Shown here one piece after another: positions 48,717 to 58,850 of a stretch of DNA of 64,000 bases. A program made the translations under genes and the position numbers. The DNA comes from Candidatus Poribacteria bacterium. GTDB lineage: Bacteria > Poribacteria > WGA-4E > UBA9662. The stretch is from NCBI GenBank assembly GCA_036339735.1, contig JAYZAL010000077.1, forward strand, positions 32,001 through 96,000, given 5' to 3'. The notes under the pieces were generated by a model that saw only the letters and a program-made list of their open reading frames with translations, did not search any database and had not been told where the DNA came from. Every line of letters begins with the position of its first letter. Positions within the stretch are counted from its first letter, which is position 1.

Positions 48717-51700
48717 TTATTTTAAAATCACCATTTTTCTTGTTTCTCTGTAATCGCCAGCCTGTAACTGATAAAAGTAAGTACCGCTGGCAACCGATTC
48801 TCCGTTTTCAGTTTGACCGTCCCAGTATATCGCCTGGTCGGGCTGGGCGTAGTTTCCAGCTGTCAAGCGACCCAAGTCTATTTTTCGAACCAATTGCCCC
48901 TCAACATCATAGATATTTAGGGTTACTAATTCAACGTGGCCTAGTTGAAATGGTATCCAAGTTGACGGGTTAAATGGGTTTGGGTAATTGGCCAGCAATC
49001 TTGTTTTGGTTGGTTGTTTTTTTTCTTGTTGTATTTGCCTCAAGTTCAGTATACCAGAGCGGAACATTATTCTTTCTGTTTCCGAAACAAGAGGTAATTT
49101 GGCATTTGCCGATTGAATCCACTGTTCAATTAGCAAATCAGTATTAAAAATCGCAGGCGCAGATGATGACTGACCGAATTTTTGGCCGATCAGTATTAGA
49201 TCAGTTAAGTTAATTAAGCTATCTTTGTTTACATCCAGACGATTTTCTCCAATTGATGAATGTTCTAATTTTTCGGCGACCATTATGAGATCAAAGATAT
49301 TAATCTCTCCGTCTAAGTTCACGTCACACTCATCTGCAACCATGATCTTTATATGCTGCTCTATGAGTGTAGAACTAGTAATGCGCTGATCATTATTATT
49401 GATAATAATCAATTGGCTTACTTGAATGGTTGTTGTTTCTGTTTTCTGACTTGTTATAAGAGAACGGAAAGTAACAGTTGCTAGTGTCCCGCTGCCACTA
49501 CTAGCAATTGGATCAAGAGATGTTGCACCCAAACCAATAATTTGATTACTCTTGACTCGACCCGCCTGAAATAAAGATTGTGTTTTCTTTAGAAAGTCTC
49601 CTTCTTCAACACTGACAACTGCTAATTTGTCAGCATCATACTCAAGATCTAGTTTCCAACTGACCAAACCCGAACAATTACTAAGCTGAATATGTGTTTC
49701 AAATATCTGATTCTGATAAACATTATCATTTGATTGACTTAGAAAAAGATGGTTCGGCTGATCGGCCGGCGATTCTAATCTTAAGGTTTCAGTTGCTGAT
49801 TGTCCATTGTCTGTAGTAGCAGTAATTTGAATTTTTCCAGCCTGCAAACCGGATTTGTAAGTCGTGTAATAGTTACCATCAAAACTATCTTGTACTGGAT
49901 TCAGTTGACCAAATTTGTCTTTGTGAGTAGATGCTATTGGTTGACAGCTAAACAAGTCTTTAAAAACAGATGACGGTTTGTGTTCATTACAACTACCTAA
50001 GATCAGTTGTAGTGACTGATTGGGCAATCCTCGGCCATTGCCGTCTAAAACGGTGATTTTGATGTCGACTACTGAAGTACCATCGGCCCAAGTGGTTGAT
50101 TTAGAAAGTTCTATCGTTACTTTTTCTGCAGAACCCACTACAGGCTTCTTAATTTCTTCGCCTGTTACATTGATATGAACTTCAGACTCCAGTTGCACCT
50201 TATCACAAAAGGCTCGAATGATCTTTTTTCCGGGTGTTAATGGTGTCAAAAGAATTGTTGTCCGTCCATATTTATCTGTCGGCGTGTATCCATTTACTGA
50301 TATGCCCTCTGACGGAAACGCTGTCAGGCGCACTTCCCGATTAGGCAAAGACATTCCATCTGAGCTAGTTAGTTTGATAAATAACCGAACAACTTCTCCG
50401 GTTTTTGCTGTATCTGAACGACTAGCCTTAAAAATCGATTTTTGACTAGAGGCGGAAACAGGACTTAAAACAAGCGAAGTATGTCCAACTTTTGATCTTG
50501 TACTTGGTGGTAAGTTACCAATTTCTACCGTCAGATGGGCTAGCCCAGGATCATTGAGTCCGTAAAAATGGGTGACATAGTTGCCACCCCCAACATTAGT
50601 TGCTGGTGAGTCCACACGACCTCGGTCTGATTTAACAAGAACTAAAGCCGTATTTATGGGTTGTCCGTTTTTATCCTTTACGGTAATAGCCACGGATGTT
50701 TGTGCCTGAGGGTGTGCCAGAATATTTGTTTCACTGGCTTGAACAAAGATGTCCCCAATTTCCTTAATACCAAAATCGACTGTTACACCTAACTTTTCTA
50801 GTTCACTGACTTGTGTTTGAATAGTTGTGTGGCTCAATGGATTTCCTGATAGTTTAAGCGATTTTAGGGAAAGAAAGTTTTTCAGAAAATTAACATCAAC
50901 TTCGACCAATCCTAGAGCAGAAAAATCTAAATCGGTTATCGAAACCACATTTGATGGTGTGAGCCTCTCTATCTGAGATGATTCAGGTAAAGCGGCACGT
51001 ACTCGGGATTCGACGGCAGGTAGTGCGATAGGTATGACATCGTCTGGAATACGATCCAAATAAATCACTTGTAACCCTTCTGACTGGAGTTGTTTAAGGT
51101 CATGAGTAATTGAAACATTGTTGAGCGGGTTTTGAGTTAGCCAAATTTGACCTGTTGACTTTTGTATCTGATTGTTTGTCGAAAGTAAGCTGTCTCGTAA
51201 AGGTCTGATGTGACGAATAGAATTATTGGATAAGTCAAGCCATTTGGTGACTTGGGGTAAATGCGACAGTGGCCTGATATCGGAAATATAATTATGGGAT
51301 AGATTAAGTTGACGTATCTGGTTCAGAGGCGTCAAGGGAACAATATCGGTCAGATAATTACGAGAAAGATCCAGCTCGACTAATTGTATTAGTTTTTCTA
51401 ATGGTGTCAGGTCTGAGATGGTATTGGCACCCAATTTTAGCCTCTTGAGATTGGTAAGTTGAGTTAGTGGGTTGATATCGGATAGATGAAGTTGAATTTT
51501 TTGATTGTAGTTACCTGTCAGGGTTAGCGTTGTCAATTGTTTCAAATTAACCAACGCTGATAGATCAGTTATTTGATTGTGGCTACAATAAAGATTCTCT
51601 AATTGGTTCATTTGTTGAAGAGGAAGTAGATTGCCGATTTGATTTCCATTGAGAGATAGAAATACGAGATTAGTCAATTTAGACAAAGGTGTTAAATCTT

Positions 51701-52742
51701 TGACTTGATTGTTGTCTAAAGATAAATGCGTAAGTGTTGGAATTTTGCCAATAATGGATAGATCAGTTATTTGATTCAGAGATAAATTGAGTCGTTGTAA
51801 GTTAGTACAATTGGATAAGCCGGCTAAATCGAAAATGCTCAGGTCTATAGCTCTGAGTTCAGTCAATTGGGCTAAATGGTATTCTGTTAAGCGAGATCCA
51901 GGAATTCTATTACCCTGAGTCATTGCATTAGCAGTAATTTGGTTTCTCAAGGCTCTTTCTAAATTTGGATCTTTAAAAGCAACTACAGGAGAAACAATTG
52001 GCTGTATCGAGTTGTTCTCTGTCAGAATTAATTCAACCGGTTGCCGCAATTGAGTGGTTATATGCAAATCATCTAAACGACCATTTGCCACTTCGGTCGA
52101 GGATAAAGTGTGAGGCGCTGTTACTGTTTCGTTTTGATAGGGTTCGGTGTATGCTAGAATCGTATCTCCTGTAGAAACTAAAAAGCCTATTTGGTTGGTT
52201 ATTACAACAGAGTAATATCCATCATGATTGGTGGTTGTTTCTTGTACTAGATTGTTAATTTTAACGAAGACCTTCAGGCCTTGACCAACACCTGAAACAC
52301 CGTCACTCAGGTAAATTTTACCGCTGACCTGTAAACGATTCGCGCGAGCCAATAAGGCTGTTTTTAGGTCGACTGAAACTCGGCCACTCTTGATATGCGA
52401 CAGATTTAAAACCAGATTCGTTTCTTCAATTCCTCCAGCTGAATCATCAATTGTGATCTTTAACTCGTCTCCCAACTGAGCCACTGGCTGTAATGGATCA
52501 AAAAAGGTGATATTGTACCTACTATTTTCATCAGTCTCGACTGTTTGACTGAGATTTAATCGTTCGTTGTCTATAGTTGCCTTTAGGCCAGCAGGAGCAT
52601 CAACGCTTCCATTCTCTAAAAAGACTTTGCCTTCTATGACCAGCACCGTAGTCAGAAGGGGTGGGTCGGCTGGCGCTTCTTCCCCTGAACCTTCAAAAGC
52701 AATGAATAGGAGATAGGCAAAAAACAGAAAATAGATTCTCAT
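48717..52742 (-). CDS. Large secreted protein: Ig-like, internalin-type LRRs, invasin-like Big domains, cohesin, dockerin, C-terminal FlgD-Ig domain
   Basis: Signal peptide, 'FKDPNLERALR', 22-aa LRRs, 'ADGTSVVDIKITVLD', 'VEEGDFL...GSGTLATVTF', 'DVNLDGEINIFDL', 'NYPNPFNPSTWIP...WDG..GESVASGTYFY'. Confidence 0.9.
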   Translation of the reverse strand: MRIYFLFFAYLLFIAFEGSGEEAPADPPLLTTVLVIEGKVFLENGSVDAPAGLKATIDNERLNLSQTVETDENSRYNITFFDPLQPVAQLGDELKITIDDSAGGIEETNLVLNLSHIKSGRVSVDLKTALLARANRLQVSGKIYLSDGVSGVGQGLKVFVKINNLVQETTTNHDGYYSVVITNQIGFLVSTGDTILAYTEPYQNETVTAPHTLSSTEVANGRLDDLHITTQLRQPVELILTENNSIQPIVSPVVAFKDPNLERALRNQITANAMTQGNRIPGSRLTEYHLAQLTELRAIDLSIFDLAGLSNCTNLQRLNLSLNQITDLSIIGKIPTLTHLSLDNNQVKDLTPLSKLTNLVFLSLNGNQIGNLLPLQQMNQLENLYCSHNQITDLSALVNLKQLTTLTLTGNYNQKIQLHLSDINPLTQLTNLKRLKLGANTISDLTPLEKLIQLVELDLSRNYLTDIVPLTPLNQIRQLNLSHNYISDIRPLSHLPQVTKWLDLSNNSIRHIRPLRDSLLSTNNQIQKSTGQIWLTQNPLNNVSITHDLKQLQSEGLQVIYLDRIPDDVIPIALPAVESRVRAALPESSQIERLTPSNVVSITDLDFSALGLVEVDVNFLKNFLSLKSLKLSGNPLSHTTIQTQVSELEKLGVTVDFGIKEIGDIFVQASETNILAHPQAQTSVAITVKDKNGQPINTALVLVKSDRGRVDSPATNVGGGNYVTHFYGLNDPGLAHLTVEIGNLPPSTRSKVGHTSLVLSPVSASSQKSIFKASRSDTAKTGEVVRLFIKLTSSDGMSLPNREVRLTAFPSEGISVNGYTPTDKYGRTTILLTPLTPGKKIIRAFCDKVQLESEVHINVTGEEIKKPVVGSAEKVTIELSKSTTWADGTSVVDIKITVLDGNGRGLPNQSLQLILGSCNEHKPSSVFKDLFSCQPIASTHKDKFGQLNPVQDSFDGNYYTTYKSGLQAGKIQITATTDNGQSATETLRLESPADQPNHLFLSQSNDNVYQNQIFETHIQLSNCSGLVSWKLDLEYDADKLAVVSVEEGDFLKKTQSLFQAGRVKSNQIIGLGATSLDPIASSGSGTLATVTFRSLITSQKTETTTIQVSQLIIINNNDQRITSSTLIEQHIKIMVADECDVNLDGEINIFDLIMVAEKLEHSSIGENRLDVNKDSLINLTDLILIGQKFGQSSSAPAIFNTDLLIEQWIQSANAKLPLVSETERIMFRSGILNLRQIQQEKKQPTKTRLLANYPNPFNPSTWIPFQLGHVELVTLNIYDVEGQLVRKIDLGRLTAGNYAQPDQAIYWDGQTENGESVASGTYFYQLQAGDYRETRKMVILK

Positions 52743-52748
52743 TTCGAC

Positions 52749-55529
52749 TTATTTTATTATAACCATTGGCGAGTTCGCAGTAACTTCTTTGCAGTTGCCA
52801 ACTACCAGAGTGCAGAAATAAACACCACTCGGAACCAATTCTCCACTGTTGGTTCTACCATCCCAGTATGCTGATTGGGCGGGAGATAAATAGGCTCCGC
52901 TCGCCAGCGGTCCCAAATCAAGAGACCGTATTAATCTTCCACTAGAGTCGTAAATAGTAATTGTCCCATCCTGACCGTTATTCTCGGGACTGATAGTAAA
53001 GGGTATCCATGTTTCAGGATTAAATGGGTTAGGGTAATTAAGTAGAATTCGTGTAGAATTTACTTGATTCAGATGAGTTGAACATTTTAGTAAGCTAATT
53101 ACGGTTTGAATGTTTTTATCGGTATCAGTCCAGCTTTCTAATTGCTCAAGTAAGTGAATTAGTAACAGGTTTTGGTCATGGTCTAAATTGATTAATGAAG
53201 GTGCGGTAGTGGCTTCTTCGATTTTCCCATAGTACTTAGCAACCATCACCAAATCCAAAATATTAACTTGGCCATCTGCATTAACATCGCCGGGTAATTT
53301 GTCGCCTTCTTGAGAGAAATGACGGCCCACCGTAACTAAGTCGAGCACATCGACTTGTCCATCTCTATTAGCGTCTCCTGGCAGAATGCCAATGACTGTG
53401 ATAACTGAGTTAGAAATTTGAGCTGGTAGGATTTGACCGTTTGGGGCACCCAATTGTGCATTTTTCAGCTCGAAATCACTTTTTCCAATACCAATCGTTT
53501 TGAAAGATAATTCCACCAGTTGGCCTGTTCCTTTCGATCCGCCAGGAAACAAGCACGTTGCTAGCAGACGCCGAATAAGCCCCCGATCGTTATCCGGAAT
53601 TCCCGGCTCGAAGTATATTTTATCACTATCAGCTCCCAAAAAATCGCGAATCGTAGCCGCCTGAAAGCTTAAAATTTTCGGATTATAGGAAACATCAAAA
53701 GACCAGCCAGCCGTTGAGGTTTCAGTTTCGATTGTAACCTCAACGGTCAGATTTTGTCCGAGATATACCATTTGAGGATGCACCAAATCAATTTTTGATT
53801 TAGGTAGATTAGGCACACTAGGTGGAATTATCTTGTCTAGTACGGTCACCGTTGTTGATATTGGTCGAGCACTCTGGTTTTCGGATTCTGCCTGAAATAG
53901 TATGGTGTAAATGCCAATTTTCTCGAAGTTACTATAGACTAGCTCGTAGGTGTTCGTTTTGTCTTGATTTGTCTCGGTTTGAACTAAATCTTGGTTAGTA
54001 AAAAAATGATCTATTTTATCGTAATTATCCTCTACGGATTCTATATCGGAACGCGGTGAAAAAATGGTAGCAAACACACGATCGGCTGACTGACCTGACA
54101 CTTGAATGGGTATGATAGTATCATTGGTTTCGCCAGACCGAATCATAACCGGGTCGGGTGGATTTTCAAAAAATAAAGTTGGAGCAAGCGTCTGCGGGCT
54201 TAGAGATATACGTTGTTGTCCCAATTGACTGAAATCAGTCCATTCATTAGATTGACTATCCCCATCACTTGCCAACTGTGGTGATTGGCTTCTGTAGGGT
54301 GCTGGTAAATGGCGTATGGTTTCAACTACATACTTGAAAGATTGAGCTATAGTATGGTTTTTCTTCAAATGTTGGCAAAATAAGGAAGTGAAGCCAAAAG
54401 ACGAAAATGTATAACTCGGCTGGTCTGCTTGGCTACTAGTGATTATAGTACCGTTAGATACAGTAAGTAGTGGTTGTAAAAAACGCCCACTGTAGCTGGC
54501 ATCGATAATAACTGTCGTTGATTTTAAAGGGGAGATCCAAGAAGATAAATGCGATGGAGATAACTCGACTAATTCATTATTGTTATTAGTCAGTAAAATT
54601 TGCCCGCTCTCGTTACCTGATAACAAATACAAATAGAGAGGCTTATTTGTAGAAGGGTCAGACCATTCAGTAAGGGTTGATTTCAAGGTCTCGATCGTGG
54701 CTTCGGTCTCTGAAAGATCTGTTGGTATTGCAGATAAGAAACGAATGTCTTGATTTGAATTAAAACCACTCTCGAAAAAGGTTTGATATACAGTCTGACT
54801 TAGTTCGTTAAAAAACGGCTCATTCTTTTTTTCTAACAGGTGTCCTAACACAATAATTACTTGCCCAGCTTGGTTAACCACCATAAAATCAAATGTTTCT
54901 TGGACTGATTGATAATTGGCGTCTCCAGACCAAGTCAATTTCATTTGCCATTGGCCGATTTGGTTAGGTGTGAGATTATAAGTGTAGGACCCGTTTGGTT
55001 GAGTCGTAATCCTTTTTTGAATGTAGGCTCCATCAGGTGGCGTAACGACTAAATTAATTGGGCATGGTTCAGATATACTAGCTTGTAGGTACCCCCGAAG
55101 AATGGTGTCTTGACCAAGCTTAGTCACAGATTGACTGAGATTCAAAAAATGAGCCTGCCCTTTTTTCACTAACATCGAACTTTCTCTTTGTAGAAGTTTT
55201 AGGTTTCCTTTATTCCTAACTTCCACATCAATTAGCCAGACACCAACAGCATCCACTTGGTATTGTTTGCCAAGACTGAATTGGCCATCTGCACTTGCCG
55301 CTATCTCAAAGTTATCAAAATGGCCACTCGGACGGACCAGAGTAATGATAATAGTTTGATCAGTTAAATTGCTGTCTACCATACCTTCAATCTCCAAAGA
55401 TTGACCGTAAGTAACAACCTCCTGTTCAAAGAGTGAGAAATAGATCTGAGCAGGCATTTCTACTAATTGTGCTGCAGCATAGTTAAGAAAAATAAAAGGG
55501 AGGATGAAGCGAAGTAAGCGCGAATTCAT
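52749..55529 (-). CDS. Secreted protein: Ig-like, C13/caspase-like (clan CD) pseudo-peptidase, cohesin, dockerin, FlgD-Ig
   Basis: 'WSGDANY', 'LYLYLLSGN', 'IIDASYSGRF', 'GDANRDGQVDVLDL', 'NYPNPFNPETWIP'. Confidence 0.85.
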   Translation of the reverse strand: MNSRLLRFILPFIFLNYAAAQLVEMPAQIYFSLFEQEVVTYGQSLEIEGMVDSNLTDQTIIITLVRPSGHFDNFEIAASADGQFSLGKQYQVDAVGVWLIDVEVRNKGNLKLLQRESSMLVKKGQAHFLNLSQSVTKLGQDTILRGYLQASISEPCPINLVVTPPDGAYIQKRITTQPNGSYTYNLTPNQIGQWQMKLTWSGDANYQSVQETFDFMVVNQAGQVIIVLGHLLEKKNEPFFNELSQTVYQTFFESGFNSNQDIRFLSAIPTDLSETEATIETLKSTLTEWSDPSTNKPLYLYLLSGNESGQILLTNNNNELVELSPSHLSSWISPLKSTTVIIDASYSGRFLQPLLTVSNGTIITSSQADQPSYTFSSFGFTSLFCQHLKKNHTIAQSFKYVVETIRHLPAPYRSQSPQLASDGDSQSNEWTDFSQLGQQRISLSPQTLAPTLFFENPPDPVMIRSGETNDTIIPIQVSGQSADRVFATIFSPRSDIESVEDNYDKIDHFFTNQDLVQTETNQDKTNTYELVYSNFEKIGIYTILFQAESENQSARPISTTVTVLDKIIPPSVPNLPKSKIDLVHPQMVYLGQNLTVEVTIETETSTAGWSFDVSYNPKILSFQAATIRDFLGADSDKIYFEPGIPDNDRGLIRRLLATCLFPGGSKGTGQLVELSFKTIGIGKSDFELKNAQLGAPNGQILPAQISNSVITVIGILPGDANRDGQVDVLDLVTVGRHFSQEGDKLPGDVNADGQVNILDLVMVAKYYGKIEEATTAPSLINLDHDQNLLLIHLLEQLESWTDTDKNIQTVISLLKCSTHLNQVNSTRILLNYPNPFNPETWIPFTISPENNGQDGTITIYDSSGRLIRSLDLGPLASGAYLSPAQSAYWDGRTNSGELVPSGVYFCTLVVGNCKEVTANSPMVIIK

Positions 55530-55555
55530 TAGATAAATATGTTTGGGTATTTTGA

Positions 55556-56002
55556 CTACTGGAATAAGGTATGTAAATACATACTATGTGGAAAAACAAA
55601 GATATGAATTATCAGCCAAACGCAGGATGCTAAGCGTGCATAATTGACCAAAAAGGGGAAGTGTTGTCCAAGATAATATCCAATAACCAAGACAAAAGGG
55701 TCAGTAATTAGGCGATTCCCCCAAAACTCGATTCCTTGAAACCAGTTAGACACGGCAGAACCCATTAAGCCTGTTTCTAAGTAATGCTCAGTGGTTTCCC
55801 AGAAGTACGCTAAAAACAATACACCAATCAGATCAAAGTAATTAGTTCGAATTAATGATCGGTCTGATCCTAAAAGATTTGCGTAGATACGTTGGTGCAA
55901 GCTATTGACAATTTTGCCAACTGAGATTCCACTGAGCAGATGTTCAATTGACCACACGTCTAAAAAGGCAACGGTTTTCAATCCCCACAAACATTCGATC
56001 AT
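55556..56002 (-). CDS. Hypothetical membrane protein
   Basis: Hydrophobic segments, 'DVWSIEH', 'WETTEHYLE'. Confidence 0.7.
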   Translation of the reverse strand: MIECLWGLKTVAFLDVWSIEHLLSGISVGKIVNSLHQRIYANLLGSDRSLIRTNYFDLIGVLFLAYFWETTEHYLETGLMGSAVSNWFQGIEFWGNRLITDPFVLVIGYYLGQHFPFLVNYARLASCVWLIIHIFVFPHSMYLHTLFQ

Positions 56003-56024
56003 TAGGCTATGGTATATTTTTAGA

Positions 56025-56642
56025 TCACAGCTTTTTTAAGCGGGCGAAAAGCTCTTTCCCGACACGTTTTTCAATCGAGTGTGGCGATACCTTCATCTCT
56101 ATAACTTCAAACTTGTCCGAAAACAGAGATCGAACTTCATCCTCTGTAGTACCGAAGGGAGGACCTTGGTCGGGTGGTAGTAGATAAAAGACGGCCAGTA
56201 ATATTCCCTTAGGCTTTAAGATTTTATGAACCATATTGACGTACTCTGGCCTTCGTGCTGGGTCAATCGCACAAAAACACGTATATTCGACGATGTAATC
56301 AAAAGTGAGAGCGTGTGACTGTGGCAAATCAAAAATATCAGCCTGTTGTAGATCTACCTGAAACTTCGTTGTTTGGATTTTTTCCTTAACCGCTTGAATA
56401 GCCGGGGCTGAGAAGTCGACTGCAGTTACTTCAAATCCCTTCTCAGCAAATAGCAGAACATCATTACCGCGTCCACAACCAATTACTGCGACCTGACCTG
56501 ATTCTGGTGCATCTGATCGATCTAAGTAGGCAACGAAAGGTGGCGCTGGCTGACCAATGTCCCAACCGGGAATAACTTCTTCATCGTAAATCTGTTCCCA
56601 AAAACCAACTTGATTGACATCATTTGCCTTTGTTTCTGTCAT
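56025..56642 (-). CDS. TPMT/thiol (halide) methyltransferase-family SAM-dependent methyltransferase
   Basis: WDIGQPAP, GCGRGND, EYTCFCAI, GPPF. Confidence 0.88.
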   Translation of the reverse strand: MTETKANDVNQVGFWEQIYDEEVIPGWDIGQPAPPFVAYLDRSDAPESGQVAVIGCGRGNDVLLFAEKGFEVTAVDFSAPAIQAVKEKIQTTKFQVDLQQADIFDLPQSHALTFDYIVEYTCFCAIDPARRPEYVNMVHKILKPKGILLAVFYLLPPDQGPPFGTTEDEVRSLFSDKFEVIEMKVSPHSIEKRVGKELFARLKKL

Positions 56643-56654
56643 AATTCAATTTTT

Positions 56655-57512
56655 TTAAAGCCGATAAAATTGGCCAGCATTTTCTCTATAAAGCTGTTTT
56701 TTTTGTTGATTCGAAGCACCGTCGACAATTTCGTCCAAGGCATTGATCCACTGAGGGTATGTTGCGGCTAAAGTTGACACAGGCCAATCACCACCATAAA
56801 CTAATCGGTCCCAACCAAAAGCCGATATAACGTCATCAACGTAGGGTGTCAAATCATCAGTGGACCAATTTTGATGATCGGCAGTTGTGACTATTCCTGA
56901 TACTTTGCAGTAGACGTTATCAAACTGTGCTAATTTTTGTATTTGGACCGACCACGATTTTCGGTAATTATTAGCAATAAGGTCAGGTGATCCACCAATA
57001 TGATCCAACATAAAACTAACTCTTGGGCATTGATCAACCAGCTGTACAATTTCCTCTAGTTGGTCATGCCGACAACAGATATCAAAGCTCAATCCGAAAT
57101 CAGCCAACATGTTGATTCCATTGACAAAATTAGAGCTCAAGCAGAAACCAGTTTCATTAATTACTTGCAATAATCTTCGAACGCCTTTGACCAATGGTAC
57201 TTTCACTAGCTGATTTAGGTAAGATGGTAGTTGTTCCTGTTTTTCAATTGGAGCAAAAGCCACAATACCTTGAATGCGTGGATCCTTTTGAGCTAAATCT
57301 GCCACCCAGCGAGCTTCTTCAATTCCCTGCTCATCGTCACAATCGCATTGTACAAAGACCATTCGGTCGACATCTACTGGCTGACAATGTTGATCATAAT
57401 CAGAAAGGAAAAATGAACGATTCAGTGATTCAATACTCTTTATCCAATTATAGTTGAGTTTCTCTGTATCCCAAAGGTGTAGGTGTGTATCAGTGATGGA
57501 AAAATTAGGCAT
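56655..57512 (-). CDS. Amidohydrolase-2 family protein (sugar lactonase-like)
   Basis: DTHLHLW, KGVRR, LDHIG, GGDWPV. Confidence 0.88.
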   Translation of the reverse strand: MPNFSITDTHLHLWDTEKLNYNWIKSIESLNRSFFLSDYDQHCQPVDVDRMVFVQCDCDDEQGIEEARWVADLAQKDPRIQGIVAFAPIEKQEQLPSYLNQLVKVPLVKGVRRLLQVINETGFCLSSNFVNGINMLADFGLSFDICCRHDQLEEIVQLVDQCPRVSFMLDHIGGSPDLIANNYRKSWSVQIQKLAQFDNVYCKVSGIVTTADHQNWSTDDLTPYVDDVISAFGWDRLVYGGDWPVSTLAATYPQWINALDEIVDGASNQQKKQLYRENAGQFYRL

Positions 57513-57537
57513 CTATTGTTACCTCACTATTTAAAAT

Positions 57538-58824
57538 CTAAAATGCAGTACCACTAGTAAAATTGAAATTGTTGACCATTATCGGTGGTATATAGGTTGA
57601 ACCGCTGGCACGTTGAGGTTGTCCCATCATTTCAATATTGGCTAGTACATTAAGTGGGCTTTCGTTAAAACGAAGATTTTTAACACCATACTGGATTTGA
57701 CCATTCTCAATCCAAAACAGACCATCTCTGGTCATACCGGTCAACAACAATGTCATCGGATCTACGAATCGAACATACCAAAACCGAGTTACTAGCAGTC
57801 CTCGTTCTACATCAGTAATCATTTGCTCAAGTGTATTGTGATCGCCATCCATAATCATATTCGTTGGCGACCCGGTATGCCTATGGCTAGTTTGATTGGC
57901 CCAAAAACGGTTATAGGCTAGATTTTCTAGTATGCCAGCCTTGATCCAGTGGGTTTTTTCAATGGGTAAACCGTTGAAAAAGAAGGGCGCATTTGGACAA
58001 GCAGGATGATTGGACTGGCTATACAAGTCAACAGCTGATTGACCAATTTGTGTGCCTTCTTTGTCGGAGAAAGCACTCCTCCCTTCGTGTGCCGACCGGG
58101 CGTCTAGACTGTAAAACATTGGTCCTAGAATACTTGCTACTGCGGACGGCTCTAGTATTACCTTATATTTACCGGGCGTAATATCCTTCGGAGACTGGGA
58201 GGCCGTAGCCTTTTGGCTAGCAATTTCGACAGCTCTCAATGGGTGGATCAAATCAAGGTTTTCTCCAACAGTCTCGGCCCACCCCGAACTTGTGTTACTC
58301 ATTACTGTATTAGTGTAGCTTGCATAGCTCTGACGGTGGTAAGCCAACAATCCATTAGAGTTAGCAATCGACCGAAAGTTCCAACCAGTTGAATAGTGTC
58401 CGGCTAATTTTAACCCCTTAGGCTCGCACTGTTGAATTGCCAATTGTACTTTCTCGGCTCTTGCTTGAGGGCTAGTCATGGCTGTTTGGTGATCATAAGC
58501 TGACACTTTGGCGTAGGTTTGGGTCGAAACAGGTGGAAGGTATTCACTATCTTCTGCTGCTGACTGGGCTATTTTTTCGGCACGAGAAACTACCTCTTTT
58601 AGCCCATCCGCTTGCAGTCGGTTGGTACTAGCCTGACCCACCTTTTGTCCAAAAGAGGCTATAACACTCAAGCCGCTATCCTTTTGGACTGTATTTTGAG
58701 TAATAGTATTGTTAGCAAACCGAGTATTAGCTAATTCGGTACCCGTCAAAGATAATTGGAGGTGGTCGGAGTTTTGGTAAGATAGTACCTGCTCAAAAAT
58801 CTGCTCGACTTCTGTTTGTCTCAT
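57538..58824 (-). CDS. tldE: TldE/PmbA family protein
   Basis: TRFANN, PGKYKVILEP, LTGMTRDG. No HExxxH; adjacent to tldD. Confidence 0.88.
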   Translation of the reverse strand: MRQTEVEQIFEQVLSYQNSDHLQLSLTGTELANTRFANNTITQNTVQKDSGLSVIASFGQKVGQASTNRLQADGLKEVVSRAEKIAQSAAEDSEYLPPVSTQTYAKVSAYDHQTAMTSPQARAEKVQLAIQQCEPKGLKLAGHYSTGWNFRSIANSNGLLAYHRQSYASYTNTVMSNTSSGWAETVGENLDLIHPLRAVEIASQKATASQSPKDITPGKYKVILEPSAVASILGPMFYSLDARSAHEGRSAFSDKEGTQIGQSAVDLYSQSNHPACPNAPFFFNGLPIEKTHWIKAGILENLAYNRFWANQTSHRHTGSPTNMIMDGDHNTLEQMITDVERGLLVTRFWYVRFVDPMTLLLTGMTRDGLFWIENGQIQYGVKNLRFNESPLNVLANIEMMGQPQRASGSTYIPPIMVNNFNFTSGTAF

Positions 58825-58850
58825 TAATTTATCTCCGTTTATTTGGCAAA

